A DNA stretch of 64,000 bases from Candidatus Tectiglobus diatomicola (GTDB taxonomy: Bacteria > Pseudomonadota > Alphaproteobacteria > Rhizobiales > Hyphomicrobiaceae), in contig JAZDSJ010000006.1 of NCBI GenBank assembly GCA_039583345.1, positions 45,654 through 109,653 of the forward strand, written 5' to 3'. The position numbers and the translations under genes are program-made. Positions 19,381 through 30,140 of this stretch are shown piece after piece. The stretch's first letter is position 1. Each line of letters opens with the position of its first letter. The notes beneath the pieces are model-generated. The model ran no database searches, had not been told where the DNA came from, and saw only the letters and a program-made list of their open reading frames with translations.

Positions 19381-21219
19381 TTAACATTCGAGTTCTTCCC
19401 TTTTAATCTCAAGCTTTAGCCATGCATTTTCAACTTCATCAAGTTCAATTTTAGCAGCCCCTAAACGCGCTGACAACAGATTGAAACGCTCATGAAATTT
19501 CACGTACAGGCTTGGATCATCTAACTCACGTTCCATTTCATTAATTTCAGAGGTTAATTTTTCAATCTTTTCTGATAATTTCTTAAGAGCATACTTATCA
19601 TTAAAGGATAACTTACGTGATGTCTTATTTGATATGGACCTCGATTGATCCATTAACATAGAAGAAGCTTTCTTCTTTTTTCCTAGTTTAAAGGCAGATC
19701 TAAATGTTTCTGAACTTTCTGCAAAGACATCTGATTCAAGTTGTGCAAGCATATCAGAGCAGCTACCAGCATATTCTACCCATTGGCCATTTCCACTTGT
19801 TGTAATTACACTAGTAACCGTACGATCCAAAAAACTGCGATCGTGACTAACAAGAATAACTGTCCCGGAATAATCGGCTATTAATTCTTGTAGAAGATCT
19901 AGTGTTTCAAGATCAAGATCATTTGTTGGTTCGTCTAAAACGAGAAGATTAGAAGGTTTTGCGAAAGCTCGAGCCAATTGTACTCTAGCCCTCTCACCAC
20001 CGGAGAGAACTTTAAGCGGACTACGAGCCTGCTCCGTTAAAAAAAGAAAGTCTTTCATGTAGCTTGAAAAATGCCGCGACCTACCATTTATAGTCACAGT
20101 GTCGCCAGCTCCTCCCATTATAGCGTGTGAAAGCATTTCTTCGGGGTTTAACATTTCACGATTCTGATCAAGAGTAACAACTTCTAGGTTGCTGCCACGA
20201 CGAATGGTACCACTATCAGCTTGCAAGTCGCCTAGGATAAGCTTAAGTAAAGTTGTTTTACCGACTCCGTTTGGTCCTATTATCCCAATTCTATCCCCAC
20301 GTGCAACTCGTAATGAGAAGTCTTTAACGACATGATTTGCATTAAAAGACTTCGCTAGATTCTTGACTTCAAAAACCATCTTTCCTGATAAGTTAGCATC
20401 CGATGCTACCATGGACACGGTACCTATTTGTCGACGTCTATCTTTACGGGCTTGACGCATTTTGATCAGTTCAGCGACACGTTTTACGTTACGCTTGCGT
20501 CTGGCTGAAACCCCACCATGCATCCACTGTTCCTCACGCGTAATTTTTCTATTAAATTTATGGATCTCCTGGATTTCCTGATCTAATATTTTATCTCGCC
20601 AGACCTCAAAATCACTGAATCCCTTATTTAGCAATAGAGATTGGCCGCCATTAAGCCATACTGTTGTTTGTGTTAATTTTTCAAGAAAGCATCGATCGTG
20701 ACTAATCAATACTATTGCAGAAGACATTGCAGCTAGTTCTTTCTCTAACCACTGAATGGCTGTTAGGTCGAGGTGGTTTGTTGGTTCATCTAAAAGGAGA
20801 AGGTCTGGTTTGGATGCAAGAGAACGTGCTAGCGCTGCACGACGCGCCTGACCACCAGACAGATGCACTGTTTTTTCTAAGCCGCTAAGCCCTAGTTTAC
20901 TTAGCAGAGATTGAGCACGATACGAATCCTCACCATAATCAAACACGTCTTTGACATAATCATGTACTGTAGCGTAGCCAGTAAGATCGGGCTCTTGAGG
21001 CAAATATTCAACACGAATGCCAGGCTGCATATAATGCTCTGCACTGTCTGCTTCGATTATTCCAGCCGCTATCTTTAAAAGTGTTGATTTTCCAGAACCG
21101 TTGCGACCGACAAGTCCAATGCGATCACGCTTACTTACCTGGAGATCAGCACCAATTAATAATGGTGTTCCACCAAACGTTAAATAAACATTCTTAAGAG
21201 ACAAGATTAGACGGCTCAT
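19381..21219 (-). CDS. ABC-F family ATPase (Uup-like)
   Basis: 612 aa with no TM segments. Two ABC cassettes: Walker A GRNGSGKST and GPNGVGKTT; signatures LSGGQARR and LSGGERAR. C-terminal coiled coil. Confidence 0.92.
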   Translation of the reverse strand: MSRLILSLKNVYLTFGGTPLLIGADLQVSKRDRIGLVGRNGSGKSTLLKIAAGIIEADSAEHYMQPGIRVEYLPQEPDLTGYATVHDYVKDVFDYGEDSYRAQSLLSKLGLSGLEKTVHLSGGQARRAALARSLASKPDLLLLDEPTNHLDLTAIQWLEKELAAMSSAIVLISHDRCFLEKLTQTTVWLNGGQSLLLNKGFSDFEVWRDKILDQEIQEIHKFNRKITREEQWMHGGVSARRKRNVKRVAELIKMRQARKDRRRQIGTVSMVASDANLSGKMVFEVKNLAKSFNANHVVKDFSLRVARGDRIGIIGPNGVGKTTLLKLILGDLQADSGTIRRGSNLEVVTLDQNREMLNPEEMLSHAIMGGAGDTVTINGRSRHFSSYMKDFLFLTEQARSPLKVLSGGERARVQLARAFAKPSNLLVLDEPTNDLDLETLDLLQELIADYSGTVILVSHDRSFLDRTVTSVITTSGNGQWVEYAGSCSDMLAQLESDVFAESSETFRSAFKLGKKKKASSMLMDQSRSISNKTSRKLSFNDKYALKKLSEKIEKLTSEINEMERELDDPSLYVKFHERFNLLSARLGAAKIELDEVENAWLKLEIKREELEC

Positions 21220-21269
21220 GATTGTCTATATAATCCATTTTTATTTGGAATCAAATCGCTAATTTATAA

Positions 21270-22662
21270 CTACCAGTAGTCGAATGGATACTGCACCATA
21301 ATCGTATCATCTCGCTGATGACTAGTTGATAAAAGAGTTACGGGGCACTTAATTAAGTTCTACAATATATCGGACATACTTTGTAGACTGTGCAGGTAAA
21401 TCTGCCCATGTCCGCGCACCGAACGTTGGCTCAGTCCAGCCTTTAAGCATCTTATAAACTGGGACCACACGTTCTTGGCGTTACGGCCTACTGATAAGCG
21501 ATTTATGTGTTCGCAATCTTAGTTGCATATTATACTTACTTTTATCTTTTGAAAACCATCTAAAACATCAAGTTTTGTAAATACTGTACCTGTGATGCCA
21601 AATACCCTAATCATCTGTTGCACAAGCGTTGTATCAAAGCAGCCACAGCGACATTTACGTCCATCCACTACGCCAGCCTCCTTGCCGCGTGCACCCAAAG
21701 TCTGACCAGATTCATAAGTTAGCTCTTTAGGGAAAAGTCCAAAATCAACTATTGTTGTATAAACCTAGAAATACTAAAAATATTGCCAAGAACAGTAGGC
21801 CAATTCCGGACCTTATAGATAGCAGCCAGCGCGGCCACTGTGTTTGAAGATGCTACAAATGGATACATACCGTGATAAACATCAAATATAGAATCCTATG
21901 CACCTTTATATTATACGTTTGCCTTTAAGTCGTAACTTATCATGTAAATCCCATGTGATATCTATATAAGGTAGAATCTTAAGTGCTACTCACATTAGTT
22001 ACAGCACAAAGTCTGTATTATCTAATTCAGTTTCACCAAGATCGCGGCCTATGGCTTTATGCTGGACAAATATCTGTACTACCATTTCAACAAGAGTAAT
22101 GTAATTTTCAGACGATGCGAGACAACATAGCCAAAATCTATAATGTATTTTTGATATGGTTTTAATGCACCTTCTTAAGTAAGAGCATCTTTATGATTAT
22201 CTAAATTCTGTTGTACTGGCCTAGTTCTAGCTCTCTGCCTCACTAAGTGATAAAGATCCCTGATCAAGAGTTAAATTTGTAATCTGGTGCTGACAAAAAC
22301 TAAATAGATTTTTTTGCAAATAGACTTACGAAAGCTTCGTCTAATTAAAATTTAAAATTTTTGTGAAGATACATATATCAATTGATCTTTATTCCAAGCG
22401 TCTAAACATTTTTTCAATAGTTTAATCTGCAAGATTGCGATACTGATTCATATATAACTAAGAAATTTCGTCAAATTTTCTATACACTCTTGCTGCATCT
22501 AATGAACTCCAATTTTCGCCTGCAGCATTAGAAATGTCTCTAGCTCTATTTAAATTGCCAGCGGTAAGACTTTTGCAATTAGTAACTTTGATCATTACGT
22601 ATGCATACATTATATACCATCTCGTCAAGCCATTGCTAATTGCCCTAACAAAAAGAAAACAC
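21270..22662 (-). pseudogene. purA: adenylosuccinate synthetase pseudogene (multiple stops and frameshifts)
   Basis: Minus-strand frames track PurA end to end. GN*QWLDE (about 22621-22644; compare GxQWGDEGKGK). HGMYPFVASSNTVAAALAA (from 21874 downward; compare HGTYPYVTSSNTTAGG). [33 protein letters not shown] (21450-21349, in-frame TAA at 21349-21351). Then, after a frameshift, LSTSHQRDDTIMVQYPFDYW* ending at 21270. The tracked ORF 22458..22667 is a fragment of this gene. Confidence 0.92.
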
Positions 22663-22869
22663 TCCAAATTCAGCTTGAAGTGATATCTAAAGTTAGGAAC
22701 TGCAAAGATGCACTGTGTATATCACTCTAAATGCATGTAACATTAAATAATTTTGCTATGTTTCAATCTGCCATATATTTTTACTTGTACTTGCTCGATG
22801 CTTTTTTGCTGAAATTAAGATCTTTACAAGAATCAAGTGTTATGTTTTGAGAGTGGAAGTGAATTAGAT

Positions 22870-22886
22870 TGTGTTAAATTTACACA
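22870..22886. repeat. 17-bp near-perfect palindrome TGTGTTAAATTTACACA
   Basis: Read directly. There is one mismatch (positions 6/12). It lies about 215 bp upstream of the DUF2189 gene, in the minus-to-plus strand-switch spacer. Confidence 0.4.
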
Positions 22887-23102
22887 TAAGAGCCTAATAC
22901 TACATATGATGAAATACTATTTTGTATTAGTTAGTAACATTTTAAGGTTATTAAACTTAATTAATTTAGTATAGCGCTATGAATGTGAACTAAAAGTGGA
23001 TGTTCTTGTCAGCATTTTTAGTAGTTGGCTGTTGTTTACTGATATACTTTCAAAAAAACTTTATCTACGCATCTTAATGTATAAAATTCTTAAGGATATG
23101 CA

Positions 23103-23882
23103 GTGGCAGAATTTAATAACAATATTTATATTGGTTCACTTAGCATAAAGCAAGTCACTTTTGGGGATTTACGCGATGTATTTCGTTTGGGTGTACGTGA
23201 TTTTTTAGAAGCTCCCAAGTTCGGGCTTTTGTTCGGGGCCATTTATAGTTTTGGCGGACTATTAATTTCGTTTTTTGTTCTGCACCTCGGTGTTTATTGG
23301 ATGCTCTATCCATTTGTTATTGGATTTCTTTTAATAGGTCCTTATATAGCTGCCGGTCTGTACGATGTTTCAAGGCGCAGAGAACAAGGACTTGTGCTGA
23401 AATGGAGTGAAGTACTTGGTGTTGTTTGGCTCCAGCGTCGTAGAGAATTTGCCTGGATGGCTTTTGTTGTGTTATTTGTATTTTGGTTGTGGATTTATAA
23501 AGCTCGGACATTAGTAGCTATATTTTTCGGTTTTCAAGGTTTTGCAACGTTTAATGGATTTCTAGAGTCAGCTACCACAACTACAAACGGTTGGCTGTTT
23601 CTTTTAGTAGGTCATGGCATAGGGGCAGTTTTAGCATCAATCTTATTTTGCTTGACCGTGACATCATTCCCGTTATTACTTGATCGAGATGTAGATTTTA
23701 TTACCGCAATGCTCACAAGCATTCGTGTTGTCCTGAATTCCCCAAAAGTAATGTTTGCCTGGGGAGCTTTCGTTATTGCAGCTATCTTAATATCAATGAT
23801 ACCTGCTTTCATTGGATTACTTGTGACACTACCCATTCTCGGACATGCAACATGGCATTTATATAAACGCGCGATTTCATAG
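23103..23882 (+). CDS. DUF2189 (COG5473-like) integral membrane protein
   Basis: 259 aa, GTG start, about 6 TM segments. N-terminal pattern (FGDLRDVFRLGVRDFLEAPKFGLLFGAIY...GFLLIGPYIAAGLYDVSRRREQG) matches my memory of the DUF2189 family. Confidence 0.75.
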   Translation: MAEFNNNIYIGSLSIKQVTFGDLRDVFRLGVRDFLEAPKFGLLFGAIYSFGGLLISFFVLHLGVYWMLYPFVIGFLLIGPYIAAGLYDVSRRREQGLVLKWSEVLGVVWLQRRREFAWMAFVVLFVFWLWIYKARTLVAIFFGFQGFATFNGFLESATTTTNGWLFLLVGHGIGAVLASILFCLTVTSFPLLLDRDVDFITAMLTSIRVVLNSPKVMFAWGAFVIAAILISMIPAFIGLLVTLPILGHATWHLYKRAIS

Positions 23883-24418
23883 ATTAACAATTCAACACCG
23901 TCTATAATCAAATATTTTTTTGGTTATTTCTATGTCTAAACTACTTATTGTGAAAAACATATTTTTTTAGACAGAAGCCAATGTTCTTGTAGCTCAGTAG
24001 AGTTTATGTAAAAGTCTATGTACCTACTTTTTTAAACACCCAAGATTTAGAAAAAATATATAGAAGTGATATCTTTACGCCCACATACGAAACTAAATTA
24101 TCTGTATACACAGTTTCAAAACTTCACACCAGTACAACTTGCTTCGCAAACTAAAAAGTTAATTGTTCTATGGTGACTATTTGCGGATTTTAGAGAAATT
24201 AGGTTCTAATTCACTTTGTTACGAAAAACGAATGTTTTCATTTAAGCATTTATTGCATCATTTGACGTTGGAATGTATACAGCATTACTTGCACCGAGTG
24301 GAACAGTGCATTCGGTAAATGATTTTTGATCATGTATTACCGGATTAATACAATCACTGCAATTATTGCGTAGCATGAAGAATACATATTAGCGTGTCGC
24401 GTGGATTAAGTCGGGCAT

Positions 24419-25954
24419 ATGGCAAAAAAATTTAAAATAAAGCGACCAAGAGCACATCTTCCTAAGGGACTTCGTGATATCGAATCACATGAGGTCCGCT
24501 ACATTCGACAGATTCTTGAAACTATAGGTGATGTTTACGAACTCTATGGGTTCGATCCACTTGAAACCCCAGCATTGGAATATACTGATGCATTAGGCAA
24601 ATTCCTACCCGATTCTGATCGTCCTAACGAAGGTGTATTTTCACTTCAGGATGAAAACAAACAATGGATGTCATTACGGTATGATATGACTGCTCCTTTG
24701 GCTCGTTATGTGGCTGAAAATTATCAACATATTAACAAACCTTTACGTCGTTATACTTCAGGACCCGTTTGGCGTAATGAAAAGCCTGGACCAGGTCGTT
24801 TCCGTCAGTTCATGCAGTTCGATGCAGACACTGTTGGAACTACAAATATAGCGGCTGATGCAGAGATCTGTATGCTTGCTGCCGAGACTATGGAACGATT
24901 AGGATTTGATAGAGAAGATTACATTATTCGTCTTAACAATAGAAAAGTATTAGATAGTGTATTGATTAGCATTGGGATCAATCATGAAAACCAAGAACAA
25001 TTAGTACAACGGCTTACTATATTACGCGCGCTGGATAAAATCGATCGCATTGGCATTGAGGGTGTAAAATTATTACTTGGCGAAGGACGCAAAGACGAGT
25101 CTGGTGATTTCACCAAAGGTGCAGGCTTAGATTTTGCTGCAATTAAGAAAATAGTACATTTTCTTGATTCCGGACAAGATACTCGCACAGCAACCATTAA
25201 ATGGTTAGCGGGTTTAGTTGGCGACGATGTGTACGGTCGTGAAGGTATTGAAGAATTGCAAGGAATCAATGAATTGCTACTTGCAGCAGGCTTCAATGAA
25301 GATCGTATTACAATCGATCCATCTTTAGTACGCGGGCTTGATTACTATACTGGTCCTGTATTTGAAGCGGATCTTACATTTGAAATTAAGAACGAGCGCG
25401 AACAGGCTATTCACTTCGGGTCAGTTGGTGGTGGTGGGAGATATGACGATCTAGTTGCGCGCTTTACCGGAAAGAAGGTACCAGCAACAGGTTTCTCTTT
25501 TGGGGTTTCGCGATTGCAGTCTGCTCTGATGATGCGCGATGGAAAAGTCACACATAATACTATAGGTCCTGTGATTGTTCTTGTTTTGGATCGCAGCGAA
25601 CAGAGCCGTTACCAAAACATGGTACAAAAGTTACGGGCTGAAGGAATACGGGCTGAAATGTATATTGGAACTTCGGGTATCAAAGCGCAAATGAAGTATG
25701 CTGATAATAAGTGTTCTCCATGTGTAGTTATTCAGGGCAATGATGAGCGTGCGGCCGGTAAAGTCCAAATCAAAGATCTTGTTGAAGGAGCACGTTTGTC
25801 TAAGGCTATCACCGATTCTAAAGAATGGCGTAAAGAACGGCCTGCACAATTCTCAATTCCCGAGGCAGAACTTGTAGCTGCTGTAAAGACCGTGATTTCG
25901 CGTTATGAGACAAACCCATTACTGCTAAGCAGGAGCAAGAGAGATGTCGGCTGA
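24419..25954 (+). CDS. hisS: histidine--tRNA ligase
   Basis: 511 aa class II aaRS. RYDMTAPLARY, GRFRQFMQFDAD, GGGRYDDLV, and a C-terminal anticodon-binding domain. Confidence 0.95.
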   Translation: MAKKFKIKRPRAHLPKGLRDIESHEVRYIRQILETIGDVYELYGFDPLETPALEYTDALGKFLPDSDRPNEGVFSLQDENKQWMSLRYDMTAPLARYVAENYQHINKPLRRYTSGPVWRNEKPGPGRFRQFMQFDADTVGTTNIAADAEICMLAAETMERLGFDREDYIIRLNNRKVLDSVLISIGINHENQEQLVQRLTILRALDKIDRIGIEGVKLLLGEGRKDESGDFTKGAGLDFAAIKKIVHFLDSGQDTRTATIKWLAGLVGDDVYGREGIEELQGINELLLAAGFNEDRITIDPSLVRGLDYYTGPVFEADLTFEIKNEREQAIHFGSVGGGGRYDDLVARFTGKKVPATGFSFGVSRLQSALMMRDGKVTHNTIGPVIVLVLDRSEQSRYQNMVQKLRAEGIRAEMYIGTSGIKAQMKYADNKCSPCVVIQGNDERAAGKVQIKDLVEGARLSKAITDSKEWRKERPAQFSIPEAELVAAVKTVISRYETNPLLLSRSKRDVG

Positions 25955-27122
25955 AACAGCCCGCAAATTTCAGGCGCTAGAAGATCAGGCACAAAATATT
26001 CTCAGTGTTTTTTGTGCTTCAGATTATGAGACAGTGGTTCCATCCATTATCCAGCCAGCTGATCTATTTCTCGATTTTGTAGGCGAAGATCTACGACGCA
26101 GGACATACGTATTCACTGATCCAGAAGGCTCAGAATTGTGTCTACGTCCAGATTTGACAATCCCAACCTGTGATTTACACTGGCAACGCTATGGTCGCAC
26201 TAGTGCTAGCGGACGTTATTGCTACAACGGCCCAGCTTTTCGCTTTCAACCAAATGGTGATGATTCTTATCATCCACGTGAATTTCGTCAGGTTGGAATC
26301 GAATTTTTTGGAAATGCACAATATGAAGCAGCGGAAACTGAGGTTTTAGCGCTCATTATTAAGACATTAAAATCAGTCGGCTTGCAAAATTTTAAGATCC
26401 GTATCGGTGATATCGGTATTTTTGAAGCACTTTTGGGTGCGCTTGATATACCAACACGCTGGCGTCAACGACTTAAATCACAGTTTTGTCGGCCGAATGC
26501 CTTCCGTGCAGCACTTAAAGAAATGTCATCACGGCCATCTGTTACTTTTGAAGGAGTACCAGAGGATTTATTGCGTGATATTAATGAGCTAAAATCACGA
26601 AATGTTGAACAAATTATTTTTCAATATTTAGATCGTCATAATATTGAGTTTATAGGTGCACGCTCAGTTTATGAAATAGCTCAAAATCTGACCGCAATGA
26701 TCGAGGACTTACAAGGAGAGCCGATATCGGTTGCTAAACGCGAATTGCTAGAATCTTATCTTAATGTTGACGCTCCAGTACGTGCCGCAGGTGCACGTAT
26801 ACGTGACCTTATGCGGGCAAATGGTCTCAGTTTGTCAGGGGCATTAGAAATTTATGATCGTAGATTAAAAAATTTTATAGCTTCTGACATCGATTTAAGT
26901 CGCCTTTATTTTTCTGCAAATTTCGGAGGACGGCTTGGATATTACACTGGTTTCGTATTTGAAGTTCACGCTACTGGGTTAGATTTCAACGTTCCTATTG
27001 CAGGTGGAGGGCGCTACGACAAACTCATGCGGGTTGTGGGTGCAAATGCAGACGTACCAGCAGTTGGTGCAATGATACACACAGAACGCCTGCTACGTGC
27101 TTTTGAGGTAAATCAGTTATGA
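25944..27122 (+). CDS. hisZ: ATP phosphoribosyltransferase regulatory subunit
   Basis: 392-aa HisS paralogue without an anticodon-binding domain (REFRQVGIEFFG, GGGRYDKLM). Overlaps hisS by 11 nt and hisG by 4 nt. Confidence 0.9.
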   Translation: MSAETARKFQALEDQAQNILSVFCASDYETVVPSIIQPADLFLDFVGEDLRRRTYVFTDPEGSELCLRPDLTIPTCDLHWQRYGRTSASGRYCYNGPAFRFQPNGDDSYHPREFRQVGIEFFGNAQYEAAETEVLALIIKTLKSVGLQNFKIRIGDIGIFEALLGALDIPTRWRQRLKSQFCRPNAFRAALKEMSSRPSVTFEGVPEDLLRDINELKSRNVEQIIFQYLDRHNIEFIGARSVYEIAQNLTAMIEDLQGEPISVAKRELLESYLNVDAPVRAAGARIRDLMRANGLSLSGALEIYDRRLKNFIASDIDLSRLYFSANFGGRLGYYTGFVFEVHATGLDFNVPIAGGGRYDKLMRVVGANADVPAVGAMIHTERLLRAFEVNQL

Positions 27123-27823
27123 GCGAAAATTTGATCATTGGTGTACCATCTAAAGGTCGTCTTACTGAGCAAACCGGCGAGGCTTTCTCTAAAGTTGGAC
27201 TTCATATATCAAAGACTGGAAGCGAGCGTGGGTACCACGGTAAGATCTCAGACATAAACAATGTTGAGGTTTCCTTCATCTCGACTGCCGAGATTGCCAA
27301 TTCTTTGAAAACAGGCCGTATCCATCTTGGTGTCGTTGGCGAAGATCTGATACGTGAAGAGATAATAGGTGTTAATGATCATGTGAAGTTCCTCAAAAAA
27401 CTTGACTTCGGTCATGTCGATGTTGTGGTTGCCGTGCCTGACTGTTGGATAGATGTGTGGCGAATGCGTGATGTTGAGATTGCTGCCCAAATTTATCGTC
27501 GTCACCATCATCGCCGCATGAGCGTAGCAACCAAATACATAAATTTGACACGTCAGCATTTCATGTGTCATGGCATAAGTGATTATCGTATAGTTGAAAG
27601 TCTTGGCGCTACAGAAGACATACCAATGACTGGAAAAGCTGATATGATCGTTGACGAAACGAGTACGGGAGCGACGTTAAAAACTAACAATCTTCGTATT
27701 TTAAACGGTAATGATGGTGTCATTTTAAGATCAGAAGTAAACCTTATTGCCTCTAAAACTGTTGAGTGGACACCTGAGACAAGAGCAGTAGAGAATGAAA
27801 TATTGTCTAGGTTTGGAATTTAA
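27119..27823 (+). CDS. hisG: ATP phosphoribosyltransferase, short (HisZ-dependent) form
   Basis: 234 aa. IGVPSKGRL, HLGVVGEDL, VDETSTGATLKTNNL. ATGA overlap with hisZ. Confidence 0.9.
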   Translation: MSENLIIGVPSKGRLTEQTGEAFSKVGLHISKTGSERGYHGKISDINNVEVSFISTAEIANSLKTGRIHLGVVGEDLIREEIIGVNDHVKFLKKLDFGHVDVVVAVPDCWIDVWRMRDVEIAAQIYRRHHHRRMSVATKYINLTRQHFMCHGISDYRIVESLGATEDIPMTGKADMIVDETSTGATLKTNNLRILNGNDGVILRSEVNLIASKTVEWTPETRAVENEILSRFGI

Positions 27824-28248
27824 AAAAAGAATTAATGACGCCAGATAAGTCAAATTATATGCTTTCTCATGGGTAATTTTTTACTGTAAGTCTGGAGCTT
27901 TTACTAACAGCTCATTTTTACGTACATGATTTTTAAGCCAATAAACAAGAAAGATACATAAGATTTAATTTATACTATTTTAAGAGGTTACGAAATTTAT
28001 TTCAGTAATTTCAATATTACTAAAATTAAGTGTGCATTAATATATTATTTTCGTTTAAAATTAACTGAAAGTTTACTTCTTAAACGATTTAGGCCTTATA
28101 AGTGACGAATTAAAAACTTAATTGATAATATTTAAACTCTACCCTGCCCGACTTACTTTATAAGATCTAAGTCTACAGAATGCATAACTTTAAGTTATAG
28201 CATCTTATTTTTCTAATATCTGCCATGTTAACAACATAGCCAAAAAGT

Positions 28249-28479
28249 ATGAACAGTATTATGACAGAAGCAGAAATCAGTGAAATTGTGGAAATGGCAT
28301 GGTGCGACCATACTTCTTTTGATATGATCTTTGAGATTACTGGCTTATCTGAAACTCAGGTCATTAAAGTAATGCGCAGTGAACTTAAGCCAAAGAGCTT
28401 TCGCATGTGGCGCAAACGAGTTTCAGGCCGAATTAACAAGCATTCTTCAATCTTACGCGCAATTAAAAGGGATATGTAA
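28249..28479 (+). CDS. DUF2805 (TIGR03643-like) small protein
   Basis: 76 aa. MAWCDHTSFDMIFEITGLSETQVIKVMRSELKPKSFRMWRKRVSGR matches the family pattern as I recall it. Confidence 0.7.
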   Translation: MNSIMTEAEISEIVEMAWCDHTSFDMIFEITGLSETQVIKVMRSELKPKSFRMWRKRVSGRINKHSSILRAIKRDM

Positions 28480-29621
28480 TTTAAATACGATTTCTTTTTT
28501 ATCTTCACATAAACTTTAATGACAAAAACTGTTATCCCTTTTTCAGAGAAATAATCTATATTCAAAAAATTTACATTCGACAACACATTGAACACAGATC
28601 TAACATAGACACAATAGCTGACAAAAGCACGGTATTAATTTGTAAATTACAATCTATTTACATTTCCATTCTTTTGCATAGAGGTATATCTGTTCATTTT
28701 ACGGATAATAATATTAATTTTGGACAAAAAATCGCAATATTAGATAATGTTGACCACTTAAGAATGACATCGTAATAATGCTTACTAAAGATAATGTTGT
28801 ATTCGAAGAGTGTATTATTATACAAATAAAATAATCCTATACTGTCAAAAAAGCTTAAATCAATACTTCATGCTTGTTAGTTTAATCTAAGGAAATTATT
28901 TTATATGTAACCGTTATATTATATGTAATTGTATTTCTCAGAACTATAATATGCAACGTAAATTGTCTTAAATAGGCTGATTTATAGTCAGAAACTCACA
29001 CATCTGTTAACGTACACAAAAGACCAGGAATAAGCTCTGGATATGTATCTAGGAGATAACCTACCAAAAGATACGACTTGGCATATATAACATAACATAT
29101 CTCCTAAATACGTTGGACATTTGATATCTTAAAAGCTGTTCGAATCAGCTTACTTATTGAATCGTACCGCACATAATTTAATTATTATCTCACGTACATG
29201 TAATCAAAAAATGGCACTTGTAGTGTAACAACGAAAAAATAGGTTTTAAGCAACGTTGAGATGTTTCTTCATAAGACATGAAGTTTATTTACTGAATTTT
29301 TAGCTACAATATTTCACCTTTCTGATTATAAGAATTGATGATGTATTTAATAATAAATTGCATCTATAATATGAGAGTTTTATTGAGGAAACAAAGAGCA
29401 CAAAATGAATACCTAAAGCTTTGTTAATAGCGCCCTTCTTTACAGTATTGAGATAGAAATCCTAACTTCACCTAGCTCCTAAACACTCTTGGAAAGTATA
29501 ATAACTCTTGAAATTCTTTAGTTTTATCTATAAATCTTACATATGATTGAAGTCACTAAATTTAAGCCTTCGAGTGAATTTATTTCCATTTATAAATAGT
29601 GTCACCTTGAAAGGCGTTAAC

Positions 29622-30140
29622 TTGTCTTACATTAGATTAGCTTTTGTTGTCGCAGTCGCAGAAAATGGCGTAATTGGAAAAGATGGTATGCTTCCGTGGA
29701 GCATCTCATCCGATCTAAAACGGTTTCGTAGTATCACGTTCGGAAAGCCTGTAATTATGGGGCGCAAAACTTTTGAATCTATCAATAGAACTTTGGACGG
29801 TAGAAGTAACATAATTGTTACTCGTAAAGCTAATTTCAAAATCCAAGGTGCACATGTTGTTAACACTATTAAGTCTGCTATTACGAATGCGACTTTTATA
29901 GCGAAACGTGATGGTGTTAGTGAGATTATGGTTATAGGCGGAAGCCAAATTTACAATTCGTTATTAGAAAATGCGGACCGTATTTATTTAACACGGGTCC
30001 ATAGCAAGCCAAAAGGAGATGCTTTTTTCCCTAACTTATCCAGTGAACTCTGGTTGCAGACCGCTTATGAGGAACTACCATACGCAATAAAAGATGATTG
30101 TAGGGCAACTTTTTATGTTTTAGATCGTAGAATTCACTGA
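29622..30140 (+). CDS. folA: dihydrofolate reductase
   Basis: VAVAENGVIGKDGMLPWSISSDLKRFRSITFGKPVIMGRKTFESI, GRSNIIVTR, VIGGSQIY. The ORF opens at TTG 29547, but family N-termini fit the in-frame TTG at 29622 (MSYIRLAFVVAVAENG). Confidence 0.9.
   Translation: MSYIRLAFVVAVAENGVIGKDGMLPWSISSDLKRFRSITFGKPVIMGRKTFESINRTLDGRSNIIVTRKANFKIQGAHVVNTIKSAITNATFIAKRDGVSEIMVIGGSQIYNSLLENADRIYLTRVHSKPKGDAFFPNLSSELWLQTAYEELPYAIKDDCRATFYVLDRRIH

Noticed and set aside
22458-22667. 69-aa ORF on the minus strand
   Set aside because: It is a surviving open fragment of the 5' part of the purA pseudogene, not an independent gene.
23985-24030. GTAGCTCAGTAGAG, a tRNA D-arm look-alike upstream of hisS
   Set aside because: The D loop is too short, the following sequence is a direct TATGTA repeat rather than a stem, and there is no T arm.
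28356-28595. 79-aa minus-strand ORF overlapping the DUF2805 gene
   Set aside because: It is antisense to a gene with a recognisable family pattern, and its composition reflects AT-rich sequence.
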